Assembly: GCA_038231435.1 (NCBI GenBank)
Contig: JBBRLJ010000019.1
Coordinates: 37,496 to 101,495, forward strand
Length of the DNA stretch: 64,000 nt
Reading direction: 5' to 3'
Source: Planctomycetota bacterium
GTDB lineage: Bacteria; Planctomycetota; UBA11346
Made by a program: the position numbers and the translations under genes. The notes under the pieces were generated by a model that had not been told where the DNA came from, made no database searches, and saw only the letters and a list, made by a program, of their open reading frames with translations. This document shows, in pieces, positions 53,026 through 62,596 of the stretch (positions are counted from its first letter, which is position 1; each line of letters opens with the position of its first letter).

Positions 53026-54984
53026 ATGCACGACACGCAGCTTTTCGCCATCGCGAAGACCAACCCGCTCCCGCCACGGGTCTGGAGGCGCCGCATCGCC
53101 CGTACCGTCGTGCTCAGCGCAACCCTCATCTCGGTCTGTCAGGCCCAGAGCGCGCCAGAACTGACCACCTCTGTATTCACGATGAGCCAGATTGCCGAGG
53201 ATCCGACGGTCAATCTCGGCGATCAGGTCGTGAACCTGATCTCCGGTGCATACTCCGAACCGGATTCTGGCGACGCCACCGGCATCGCCATCGTCGCCGC
53301 CGACGTGACGAACGGGAGTTGGGAATATACCACCGACAACACCGCGAGTCCGGTGACCTGGATCCCCTTCGGCGCGGTCAGCGACGATCACGCACTGCTG
53401 CTGTCGTTCGCGACGGCCGTCTACTCCGGCCAGTTGCCCACCGCCATCCGTTTCAATCCCAACGCGAGCTTCAATGGAACGTCATCCGGCATCACCTTCC
53501 ATGCCTGGGATGAAACCACCGGAACGCCATCGGCCTCCGTGGCACAATATGGTAACCTGACCAGTCCGACCGGTTTCGCGTCGATCTTCACCGGTGGGAC
53601 CACGTCGTATGGCACGGTGGCCGCGACGGCGAGCATAACCGTCACCCCGGTCAACGATGCACCGGTACTCGATCCGAGTGGCGATTCGCAACTGATTCCA
53701 GTCGCTTTCGGAGCAAGCAACGACCCCGGAACCAGCATGACCCAACTGTTGTCGACCGGAGCGGGCGGCGATCCGATCGCGGATCCCGATCTCGGTGACA
53801 CCAGGGGCGTCGCCATCATCGATGCGGCCGGAACCTCGTTCGGGTCCTGGCAATATACCCTCGACGGCGGTACGAACTGGATCGCATTCCCCGTGCTGAG
53901 CCCCGGCCAGGCGTTGGTCCTGGTTGCGGGTCTCGATATGTACGGCGCCAGCACCGACCATCGCGTACGCTTCATCCCGTCGAATCCGGCGTTCACCGGA
54001 TCGATCTCAAACGCCCTCACCTTCCTCGCCTGGGACCAGCACGACAACTCGTTCGGCGGTATGGTCACCACGCCAGGCGGCCGCGGAGCCGGTTCCGCAT
54101 ACAGCATCACGGCCGAGATCGCCTCGATCGCGGTCACCGGTTCCCTGCCGCCGACCCAAGCCGTGGTGTCGATACCCCAGCTGCCAGTATCCGGCAGCGG
54201 CGCGGCGCGCTACGGCGCCATCTGCCCGAGCACTCCGCAGGGCATCCTCTCGCTCGAGGCGGCGCTCAACGGCAAGCCGGCGTCGGAGGTGCGGGCGTTC
54301 TCGTGGGATGCCATCACCCAGGCGTTCGTCGAATTCCCCCGCCATCCCACCGCCGGACTGGTGCCCAGCACCGGGGTATTCATCGCCACGCGCTCGGCCC
54401 TGCCGGTCGATTTCGACGGCACGCCCTCGGCACTGCCATTCTCGGTGATCCTCGAGCCAGGCTGGAACCTGATCGGCATCCCGCCCCTCGACGATGGCGC
54501 CGGCAACATCCTGGTGAGCCACCCGTGGGACGATTTCCAGCTGCTCGATGACGCCGCGGCGCCGATCAACGGTGTCAGCGCCTTCGTCGACGTGCTCGGC
54601 ACCCCGGGGAGCGGCATCCTCACCACCACACGACCGTGGTCGTGGGACGGCGCGAGCTATGGCCAGGTCACAACGCTGATGACCGGCACTGGCTACTGGA
54701 TCAAGAACAACGCGAGCACGAACTGCACCCTGGTACGCACCGGCAGCGCGGCCACTCCGGGACCTCGCCTCGCCGGCGGTTCCCATGCCGCGCGCGGCAC
54801 CATCACCGACCGTGGCACGCCGCCAGCGTTGCCCGCCTCATCGCGCGAGACCCAATCACGCGGTTGCGGCATGGCCTCGGGTCTCGGCACCTTCGTACTG
54901 CTGCTGATGGCCGCGTTCAGGCAGGGCCTGAGCGGCAGGACCGCGCATCCACGCCACGCGAAACCCGACAGCCAGGATCGATAA
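53026..54984 (+). CDS. Exported adhesin-like protein with a duplicated cadherin-like module and a C-terminal Cys-Gly/TM tail
   Basis: Two copies of G(I/V)AI...GSWxYT.D...W...(I/V)RFxP..F.G...TFxAWD joined by TPVNDAPVL; tail RGCGMASGLGTFVLLLMAAFRQ. Confidence 0.8.
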   Translation: MHDTQLFAIAKTNPLPPRVWRRRIARTVVLSATLISVCQAQSAPELTTSVFTMSQIAEDPTVNLGDQVVNLISGAYSEPDSGDATGIAIVAADVTNGSWEYTTDNTASPVTWIPFGAVSDDHALLLSFATAVYSGQLPTAIRFNPNASFNGTSSGITFHAWDETTGTPSASVAQYGNLTSPTGFASIFTGGTTSYGTVAATASITVTPVNDAPVLDPSGDSQLIPVAFGASNDPGTSMTQLLSTGAGGDPIADPDLGDTRGVAIIDAAGTSFGSWQYTLDGGTNWIAFPVLSPGQALVLVAGLDMYGASTDHRVRFIPSNPAFTGSISNALTFLAWDQHDNSFGGMVTTPGGRGAGSAYSITAEIASIAVTGSLPPTQAVVSIPQLPVSGSGAARYGAICPSTPQGILSLEAALNGKPASEVRAFSWDAITQAFVEFPRHPTAGLVPSTGVFIATRSALPVDFDGTPSALPFSVILEPGWNLIGIPPLDDGAGNILVSHPWDDFQLLDDAAAPINGVSAFVDVLGTPGSGILTTTRPWSWDGASYGQVTTLMTGTGYWIKNNASTNCTLVRTGSAATPGPRLAGGSHAARGTITDRGTPPALPASSRETQSRGCGMASGLGTFVLLLMAAFRQGLSGRTAHPRHAKPDSQDR

Positions 54985-55022
54985 CAGCCAGATCTAGGTG
55001 GATCGAAGGCTGCTCGCGGCGG

Positions 55023-55994
55023 TCAGCGACGGCGCTGGCCGCCGCCACCACCATGCTGTCCGCCCTGGGAGCCGCCGTGGGAACCGCCATGCGATCCATG
55101 GGATCCGCCCCCCGGGCCGCCCGTTCCATGCTTCTCGCGCTTCTCGGCCATGCGCGCCTGGCGGATCTCCTCGCGCTTCGCGGCCTCTTCCTTCGCGGCG
55201 TGGATCTCGCGCAATACGACATCGGTGTCCACCGCCTGACGCGCAGCCTGGAAGCGGCCAGTGAGCGGGCTGTCCGGGCGCAGCGCTGAGTTCTCGAGCA
55301 GCAGCCACATCTCCTGGCCATAGTCGCCGCGCCTGACCTCGGGCGCGTAGCGCGCGAAGAAACGGGTGATGTTGGCGACGTCGCGCAGCAGCATGCGCTT
55401 GGCGTTGTTGTTGCGCGTCGCCTCGACGGCCTGCGGCAGATCGATGACCATCGGCCCATCGGCCGCCTGCAGGATGTTGAATTCGGACAGGTCGGCGTGG
55501 ATGAGCCCGGCGCAGAGCATGAGCGCGATCTGCCTGATGACGATGCCGTGGCAGCGTAGCGCATCGTCGCGCGTGAAGCGAGCGTGCGCCAACTGCGGAG
55601 CTGGATTGCCCTCGGCGTCCACCACCAGGTCCATCACCAGCACGCCCTCGGCGCTGGCGTGCACGCGCGGCACGCGCACGCCGGCCGCGTGCAGGCGAGA
55701 CATGGCCGTCGCCTCGGAGGTCTGCCAGGCCTGCTCGCGCAGCTGCTTGCCGAACCGGCTGCCCTTGTCCATGGCGCGTTGCTTGCGCGAGTCCCCGACT
55801 TGCCTGCCCTCTACGTAATCCTGCCGCTGACGGAAATTTCGCAGCTTCACGTCCTTGTAGACCTTGGCGGCGCGGTATTCGCCCTCGGCGATGACCACGA
55901 AGACGGCGGCTTCCTTGCCGCTCTTGAGCGGCCGGACCACTTCGTCGATGATTCCCTCGTCGATGAGGTCGCGCAGGCGATCCGGGATGAGCAT
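55023..55994 (-). CDS. RIO1-like serine/threonine kinase
   Basis: LKSGKEAAV, AKVYK, IHADLSEFNIL, IDLPQAV; Gly/His-rich tail. Confidence 0.93.
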   Translation of the reverse strand: MLIPDRLRDLIDEGIIDEVVRPLKSGKEAAVFVVIAEGEYRAAKVYKDVKLRNFRQRQDYVEGRQVGDSRKQRAMDKGSRFGKQLREQAWQTSEATAMSRLHAAGVRVPRVHASAEGVLVMDLVVDAEGNPAPQLAHARFTRDDALRCHGIVIRQIALMLCAGLIHADLSEFNILQAADGPMVIDLPQAVEATRNNNAKRMLLRDVANITRFFARYAPEVRRGDYGQEMWLLLENSALRPDSPLTGRFQAARQAVDTDVVLREIHAAKEEAAKREEIRQARMAEKREKHGTGGPGGGSHGSHGGSHGGSQGGQHGGGGGQRRR

Positions 55995-56166
55995 GGACGA
56001 GAGCGTCTCCTGCACGGATGAGGCGGAACGGAGCCCGGTTGGGCGACGGTGGCCTGAGGGCGGCCTCACATGGGCGAGGTCGACCGCGGCCGGGCGCTGG
56101 ATGATAGCGTGCGCCGCGGCCTGGGGTAGTGCGCGCGATGCGTCACGACCTGGCTCCGGACGCCGG

Positions 56167-57657
56167 TCACCCCCGGGCCAGAGCGGGCAGCGAGGCGGAC
56201 AGCAGCGGCAGCTGGACAGTGATCACGAACCGCGACTGGTGGTCAATGCTCGCCTCGACAGTTCCTCCCAACAGCCGCGCCAGCCGTTGCACGAGCGACA
56301 GCCCCAGTCCGCAGTGCATCCCGCCGCTGCGCGCGCTGTCGCCGCGCCAGAACGGCTGGAAGACCGAAGCCGTATCCACGGGTCCCGAGGTGGGATTCGC
56401 GACCCGCAGGACCACTCCTTCGGGAGTCGCCGAGATCTCGATGTCGATCACTGCCACCTCCACGGCGTGGCTGACGGCATTGTCGAAGAGGTTGGAGAGG
56501 ATGACGCGCAGTTTGTCAGGCGACGATGGTATGGCCGGCACCTGGGCGATGTTCCAGCGCGCGCTGATGTGCCGGGTCCGGGCACGATCCTCGAACGGCT
56601 CCCAGCACGCCTTCGCCAGGCTCGCGATCTCGACCGGCACCGGCTTCCAGGCCTCCTCGCCGGATTCGAGCCGCGCCAGGGCCAGCAGATTCGAGATCAT
56701 GTCCTGCATCTGCACCACCACGCCCAGGCACTTGGTCTGGACCTGCTTCGCCGCGGCATCGCCGTCGCGCACCAGAGAGAATTCGAGGGTGGTGCGCAGG
56801 CCGGCGATCGGCGTGCGCAACTCGTGGGCGATGTTGGCGATGGTCGCCTTCTCGCGCTTGAACGCCGCCTCGACGCGTCCGAACAGGGTGTTCAGGCGAT
56901 CGAGCACCACCACCATCTCGTCCGGTACGCGCTGCATGCTGATGCGCGCCGAGAGGTTCGAGGCGTCCATGGCGAGGATCGCCTGCGACAGGCGGTCGAC
57001 CGGGCGCAGCACCGCGCGCCGCAACCACGCCGATACCACAGCGGAGAGCGCCACGGCGCCGCCCCACAACGCGAGCAGCACCAGGGCGAGCCGATCGAGA
57101 TCGTCATGGATGCCACTGGCGTTGGCGGCGAGGATCACCACGAACGGGCCGTTCAGGGCGGGATTGACTGGGCCCGCTGGCTCGGCGCCCGGAGGAGGAG
57201 GCTGAGGCACGTCCTTGGCATCTTGCGGGGGCGGCGGTCGGCGGCCCCAGCTCCTCCCCGCCGCGTTCACCGCCACCACCGACACCGGCTTGCCATCGGC
57301 GAGTCGCGCGTGCTCGAGGCGCCCATCGAACGGTTCGCAGACCAGCGCGGCGAGCGACAGTTCGGGAGCCAGGTTCACGCTGCGGTACACCTCCTCGCGC
57401 GTGTCCTCGCGCAGCACCTGCATGAGCATCCCGCTCGAGGTGGGCTCGGGAGGTTCTCCCTCGCGACGAGCGTGCGTGAGCATCTGCATGGGTAGTCCGC
57501 GGCTGGCGGTGCCGTGGGCCCGATCCAGCAGCTTGTCGTCGAAGGAACGGTAGAGGATGGTGCGCGCCGCCATCCACACGCCGATGGAGGCGATGAGCAC
57601 GACCACGCCGGTCGAGGCGATGGTGCCGAGCATGATGCGCGTGCCGAGGGTACTCAC
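56167..57657 (-). CDS. Sensor histidine kinase (HAMP-HisKA-HATPase)
   Basis: Two TM segments; IAHELRTP, NLFDNAV, FWRGD, GLGLSLV. Confidence 0.93.
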   Translation of the reverse strand: MSTLGTRIMLGTIASTGVVVLIASIGVWMAARTILYRSFDDKLLDRAHGTASRGLPMQMLTHARREGEPPEPTSSGMLMQVLREDTREEVYRSVNLAPELSLAALVCEPFDGRLEHARLADGKPVSVVAVNAAGRSWGRRPPPPQDAKDVPQPPPPGAEPAGPVNPALNGPFVVILAANASGIHDDLDRLALVLLALWGGAVALSAVVSAWLRRAVLRPVDRLSQAILAMDASNLSARISMQRVPDEMVVVLDRLNTLFGRVEAAFKREKATIANIAHELRTPIAGLRTTLEFSLVRDGDAAAKQVQTKCLGVVVQMQDMISNLLALARLESGEEAWKPVPVEIASLAKACWEPFEDRARTRHISARWNIAQVPAIPSSPDKLRVILSNLFDNAVSHAVEVAVIDIEISATPEGVVLRVANPTSGPVDTASVFQPFWRGDSARSGGMHCGLGLSLVQRLARLLGGTVEASIDHQSRFVITVQLPLLSASLPALARG

Positions 57658-58337
57658 TCCGCCGGCTCCTGCTCGGCCATCACGTAGCCGAAGCCGCGGC
57701 GGGTATGGATCAGCGGCTTCGCTTCGCCAGGGCTGAGCTTGCGGCGCAGGCGCGCGATGGTGGCCTCGACGACGTTCGAGGTCGATTCGTCGGAGAACGC
57801 GTAGAGGTGCTCCCAGATCTCGCTGCGCGTGACCACCGTGCCCAGGCGCAGGGCCAGGTATTCGAGCATGGCGAATTCGCGCGGCGTCAGCGCGATCGGC
57901 TCGCCGGCGCGCGAGGCGGTGCGCGCGACGGTGTCGATCGCCAGGTCGCCGACCTCGATGACCGGGGCACGGACGCGATGTCCGCGGCGGGTCAGCGAGC
58001 GGACGCGCGCCAGCAGCTCGGCGACAGCGAACGGCTTGGTCAGGTAGTCGTCGGCGCCGAGATCGAGTCCGCGCACGCGGTCGTCGACCTCGTCCATCGC
58101 GGTGAGCAGCAGCACCGGCACATCCTTCCCCGACGCGCGCACCGCGCGCAGGATGTCCAGGCCGTTCATCCCCGGCAGCATGATGTCGAGGATGATCGCG
58201 TCGTAGTCGTTGCCGGTGGCGTACCACAGGCCTTCCTTGCCATCGCCGGTCGCGTCCACCGCGAATCCCTGGTCGGTCAGGCCTTCGACCAGCGCCTCGC
58301 GCATCACCTCGAAATCCTCGATGATCAATAAGCGCAT
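57654..58337 (-). CDS. OmpR-family response regulator
   Basis: LDIMLP, GADDYLTKPF, LTPREF, IHTRRGFGY. Confidence 0.95.
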   Translation of the reverse strand: MRLLIIEDFEVMREALVEGLTDQGFAVDATGDGKEGLWYATGNDYDAIILDIMLPGMNGLDILRAVRASGKDVPVLLLTAMDEVDDRVRGLDLGADDYLTKPFAVAELLARVRSLTRRGHRVRAPVIEVGDLAIDTVARTASRAGEPIALTPREFAMLEYLALRLGTVVTRSEIWEHLYAFSDESTSNVVEATIARLRRKLSPGEAKPLIHTRRGFGYVMAEQEPAE

Positions 58338-58565
58338 GGTCGCCCGTCGCGGTGGCAGGTCGCGCCGATCGGCATCGGCGCTGGGACGCGTCCATGATCC
58401 GCATCGGCGAATCCGCTGTCAATCGTGGCGAACCGAGTCGGATACGCTCACCGTCACCGTCCCGTCATACCGCCATGCTAGACAGCGGCTGGTCCAGCCC
58501 ACCGCCGGTCGTGAATACCCGCGGCAGGTGGCCATCGACGCCAGATCCGCGACGCCCAGCTCAAG

Positions 58566-59381
58566 CTAGGGCGCGAAGATCTCGGTGAAGAACGCCTTCA
58601 TCGCCGCCATGGCTCGCTTCTCGGCATCGGCGTCGTACATCAGTCCATGATCTGGAGCATTGGCCGCCGGATTGGTGAAGGCATGCATCGCGCCACCGTA
58701 GGTCTCCATGCGCCATGTCGCCTTGGCCTTGGTCATCTCTTCCATGAACGCCGCCACATCCTGCGGCGGGACATGCGGATCCGCGCCACCCGCAAGCACC
58801 AGCACGCGCGCCTTGATGGCTCCTGCTGCGGCGGGCTCGGGCGCGGTCAGTCCGCCGTGGAACGACACCACGCCCACCAGCGGCTCCCCGGCGCGCGCCA
58901 GTTCGAGCGAGGTCGTGCCGCCGAAGCAGAAACCGATCGCCGCAACCCGATTCGCATCCACGTTCTCGAGCTTGAGCAGCTCGGCGAGCCCGGCGTGGGC
59001 GCGCGCGCGCATCGCCTTGCGGTCCTTCATGAAGGGCGTCGCCAGGGCTCCCGCCTGGGCTGCGTCCTTGGTCTGGACGCCGGCTCCGTACATGTCGATC
59101 GCCATGGCGATGTAGCCGGCCTCGGCGAGTTCCCGCGTGCGCTGACGCACGTAGTCGTTCAGGCCCCACCATTCGTGCACCACCAGCACCGCGGGCAGCG
59201 GCGTCGCCGATTTCGCTATTGGGCGGGCGAAGAATCCGCTGAGCTTGACGCCCTGGTCGACATAGGCGACCTCGCCAGTAGCTATGCCAGTGGAGATGCC
59301 CGTGGAGATGTCGGTGGTGACGTCGGCGGCCGATGCGAAGCCGCACAGTAGGATGAAAGCGAGGACGCGCAGGATGGTCAT
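58566..59381 (-). CDS. Exported dienelactone hydrolase family protein
   Basis: VHEWWGLN, GFCFGG, SFHG, ADP, HAFTNP; signal peptide. Confidence 0.93.
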   Translation of the reverse strand: MTILRVLAFILLCGFASAADVTTDISTGISTGIATGEVAYVDQGVKLSGFFARPIAKSATPLPAVLVVHEWWGLNDYVRQRTRELAEAGYIAMAIDMYGAGVQTKDAAQAGALATPFMKDRKAMRARAHAGLAELLKLENVDANRVAAIGFCFGGTTSLELARAGEPLVGVVSFHGGLTAPEPAAAGAIKARVLVLAGGADPHVPPQDVAAFMEEMTKAKATWRMETYGGAMHAFTNPAANAPDHGLMYDADAEKRAMAAMKAFFTEIFAP

Positions 59382-59533
59382 CGGAGATGCTCCAGGATGG
59401 ATGTGTCGGCCACGGCGAAGTGGCGGTTGTCGATGGCCCGGACAGCGAGGCAACCAGAGAGTCGATAGCGTCGCACGAGCGACGGCAGGGCCACGGCGTC
59501 CAGACGCGTCGAAGGTGGCGAGCGCGCTGATGA

Positions 59534-60382
59534 TCAACGGACGAGGCGTGGCTCCGGCGCGCGCACCAGGCTGCTGACGAAGCGTCGTGGCGTCATGCCG
59601 GTCTCCTGCTTGAACATGCGCGAGAAGTGCGGCAGCACCGGATATCCGACGGCACGCCCGACCTCGGAGAATTTCAGATCACGTCGCATCAGCAGGGTCT
59701 TGGCGCGGCTGGCGCGCATCTGCCGCAGGTAGCGCATCGGCGGGACGCCGGTGCGCTGGCGGAAGACGCGATTGAGATGGAAGGGGCTCATGCGCGCGAC
59801 CAGGGCGATCGCGCCGAGCGTGAGCGGCTGGTCGAGGTGGTCGACCATGTGCTTCTTCACATCGTCGATGGTGTCCGCGGGTGCAGCACCGTCGCTGGGA
59901 CGCCGCGCGCAGCGCTCCATCAAGGACATCGCGTGCAGGAGCAGGGTCGAGGCCTCGTGCAACGCCGAGTCGCCACGGGAGAGGAGGTACGAGAAGATCT
60001 GCTCGATGGTCTCGGCGACCGCTCCGCAGCCCGGGACGTGATGGCGATGGGCGAGCCCGAGCATGGCCAGCAAGCTCGCCGCGCAGTCGCCGTCGAATTC
60101 GATCCACAGGTACCGCCAACGGTCGAACCCGGGTGCGACCTGGTAGCGGTGCGCGCGCTCCTTGGGCATCAGGCATATGTCGTGGGCCCGGGCGGCGAAC
60201 GCTTGACCTGCCACATCGCCCGTCCCCCCTCCCTCGATCGAGAACATCAGCTGGTATGAATGCCATCTCTCGCGCAGCAACCGCGCCTGCGGACGCATGT
60301 CCGATTCGCCGATCGAGACGATGGTGAGGCCGGCGCGATCGCTCGGCAGGGGTGAGGTATAGAAGCCTCTATCGGGTCTCAT
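59534..60382 (-). CDS. AraC-family transcriptional regulator
   Basis: AraC ligand domain (HRY...WRYLWIEFDG); MSPFHLNRVF, VGY...HFSRMFKQETGMTP. Confidence 0.93.
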   Translation of the reverse strand: MRPDRGFYTSPLPSDRAGLTIVSIGESDMRPQARLLRERWHSYQLMFSIEGGGTGDVAGQAFAARAHDICLMPKERAHRYQVAPGFDRWRYLWIEFDGDCAASLLAMLGLAHRHHVPGCGAVAETIEQIFSYLLSRGDSALHEASTLLLHAMSLMERCARRPSDGAAPADTIDDVKKHMVDHLDQPLTLGAIALVARMSPFHLNRVFRQRTGVPPMRYLRQMRASRAKTLLMRRDLKFSEVGRAVGYPVLPHFSRMFKQETGMTPRRFVSSLVRAPEPRLVR

Positions 60383-60392
60383 GAGCAAGATA

Positions 60393-60464
60393 TGGTAAAT
60401 CAATGCAGGTCTGTGGTAAGTGAAATCCGATGCAGGGCAAATCCCCGAAGGATATCCTGAAATC
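60393..60464. promoter_or_regulatory. Candidate AraC binding sites (direct repeats at a 21-bp period)
   Basis: TGGTAA at 60393 and 60414; AAATC at 60439 and 60460; located between divergent araC and isomerase genes. Confidence 0.45.
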
Positions 60465-60575
60465 ATCGCCTTTGGTGTCTCGGTCAAGCGGCCATTCGCA
60501 CAAGTTTCGGTATCTTCCTGGTTCGTCGGGCGACCCCTCCTCGCGGCACTCCCACCTCCTCTTCCAAGGAACCCC

Positions 60576-61421
60576 ATGAAGCTCGGCATCTGCTCCTTCG
60601 CCTTCCACCGCACCGTCGCCTCGGGCGCCATGGACGTCGCCGCCATGTTCCGCGCGTGCAAGGATCTGGGATGCACCCAGCTCGACCCGTGGAACGCCCA
60701 TCTGTGCGAACCCGAGTCGGCGAAGAACAGCCTGCACGCGGGCCGCAATCCGAACGACGCGCGACTCAATACCCCGGGGCAAGCGCACATCGAGCACATC
60801 ATCGAGCTGGGCAAGCAGGTCGGGCTGCCCTTCGGCTGCATCGCCATCGATGGCGCGCACATCTACGAGGCCGACCCGGCGGCGATGAAGCTCAATCGCG
60901 AGAAGGCTTACCGGTGGATAGAGATCGCCGGGCAGCTCAAGGCGACCTCGGTGCGCATCGACGCCGGCGGCCCCGAGGTGATGGACGACGCGACGCTCGC
61001 GGTGATCGCGGCCGGTTACCGCGACCTCATCCCGCGCGCCCGCAAGCTGGGCCTCGAGGTGCTGGTCGAGAACCATTGGGGGCCGACGGTCATCCCGCGA
61101 AACGTCGAGCGCCTGATCGCCGCCGTGGACGGGCTCGGCCTGCTCTTCGACACCAACAATTGGAAGGAAGGCCTCCAGCGCGAGGGCTGGGAGCGCTGCG
61201 CGAAGCTCGCGAATGTGGTCCACGTCAAGACCTTCGCCTTCGACGCCGCTGGCAATGATTCCACCGTCGATCTCGCTCCGGCGTTCGCCCTGCTCGCAAA
61301 GACCGGATTCGCCGGCACCTGGTGCGTCGAGAGCGTCCCCAAGGACGGCGACGAGATCGAGGCGGCGCGCAAGACCATCGCCCTCATCCGCCGCCGCGCC
61401 GGCAAGGCCGCGGCTGCCTGA
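60576..61421 (+). CDS. Sugar phosphate isomerase/epimerase (xylose-isomerase-like TIM barrel)
   Basis: AAGGA RBS; metal ligand motifs VENH, FDTNN, HVK, CVE. Confidence 0.88.
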   Translation: MKLGICSFAFHRTVASGAMDVAAMFRACKDLGCTQLDPWNAHLCEPESAKNSLHAGRNPNDARLNTPGQAHIEHIIELGKQVGLPFGCIAIDGAHIYEADPAAMKLNREKAYRWIEIAGQLKATSVRIDAGGPEVMDDATLAVIAAGYRDLIPRARKLGLEVLVENHWGPTVIPRNVERLIAAVDGLGLLFDTNNWKEGLQREGWERCAKLANVVHVKTFAFDAAGNDSTVDLAPAFALLAKTGFAGTWCVESVPKDGDEIEAARKTIALIRRRAGKAAAA

Positions 61422-61581
61422 GCCGACCATCGACCTCCGCCGAGGGCGAGCCGCAGACGAATCGACGATCAAGAGATTCGAGGAGTCCGCTCACGAGAAT
61501 CGCCCAGCGGAACTGATCACCCGCTCCCGTGGATGAGTGGCGCGCCTGGTCCCGGCGCCTCATGATTCATGCTACGCCATG

Positions 61582-61660
61582 CAACGCCCGACATCGCCTG
61601 TACGCCCCTGCATCGCCCGACATTTCCAGACATTGCCCGCCATTGCCCGTCATTGCCTTG
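61582..61660 (+). repeat. Phased degenerate 10-bp repeats (CATyGCCcG-like) upstream of the second isomerase gene
   Basis: Five in-register units at 61611-61660 plus two at 61582 and 61592. Confidence 0.7.
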
Positions 61661-61675
61661 AAGGCAGGAGAACCC

Positions 61676-62596
61676 ATGCGCGCCGCCGTCCATTCGTGGA
61701 GCTTCCAGAAACGCTTCCATGACGATCCGTCGTTCTCCATCCAGGATTTCATCGCCATCGTCGCCGACATGGGATTCACCGGCGTGGAGCTGCTCACCGG
61801 CAAGGCCGGCGGCGACACCGGGCACTTGCGCACCGATGAGCCCAAGGAGGTCGCAGCGATCGTGCGCTTCGCCGAGAGCCGCGGCGTGCGCGTCGACAGC
61901 TTCTCCACCTACAACGACTTCGCCTTCGTGCCCAACGAGGAATGGCGCCTGGCGAACATCGCCTACGTCAAACGCTGGCTCGCACTCGCGGGCGACTGCG
62001 GCGTTCCGAACATCCGTATGCTCACCGGCTATTATGTGCGCGGTGAATCGCAGGTGCGTCTGCAGCGATTGACCCTCGATGGCATCCGCGAATGCGCCCC
62101 GCACGCCGAACGCGCCAAGGTCAACATGGCGCTCGAGAACCACAGCAGCCTGTTCCTCGAGGCCGAGGACATCCTCTGGCTGATGGCCGAGGTCGGCAGC
62201 CCGCGCCTGACCGCCTGCACGGATCCCACCAACTGGTCGAACGCCTTCCTGCAGGGCACCGCCGACGCGAAGGAGCGCGAACTGGTCTTCCGCGGCGCCT
62301 CGCTGCTCGCGCCTCGCATGACCCAGTCGCACCTGAAGGTCTTCGGTATCCTCGATCGTGATGGCGAGGCCGGAGCCGAGGCATTGCACGGCTTCGGTGC
62401 CGACGGCCTCGCGCGCCTGCTCGGCATCTACCGGGGCGGCGGCTACGACGGTGCGCTCGCCTTCGAGCACGTCGGCGCCGGGGATCCGCTCGCCGAGTTG
62501 CCGCGCGCCAAGCGCATCCTCGAGCGCGCCATCGCCGCCGCCACGCTACCCGCTTCCGCACCCGCAACCGCACACGCCAACGGAGCCAGACCATGA
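61676..62596 (+). CDS. Sugar phosphate isomerase/epimerase (TIM barrel)
   Basis: AGGAG RBS; LENH, DPTN, HLK, GYDGALAFE. Confidence 0.88.
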   Translation: MRAAVHSWSFQKRFHDDPSFSIQDFIAIVADMGFTGVELLTGKAGGDTGHLRTDEPKEVAAIVRFAESRGVRVDSFSTYNDFAFVPNEEWRLANIAYVKRWLALAGDCGVPNIRMLTGYYVRGESQVRLQRLTLDGIRECAPHAERAKVNMALENHSSLFLEAEDILWLMAEVGSPRLTACTDPTNWSNAFLQGTADAKERELVFRGASLLAPRMTQSHLKVFGILDRDGEAGAEALHGFGADGLARLLGIYRGGGYDGALAFEHVGAGDPLAELPRAKRILERAIAAATLPASAPATAHANGARP

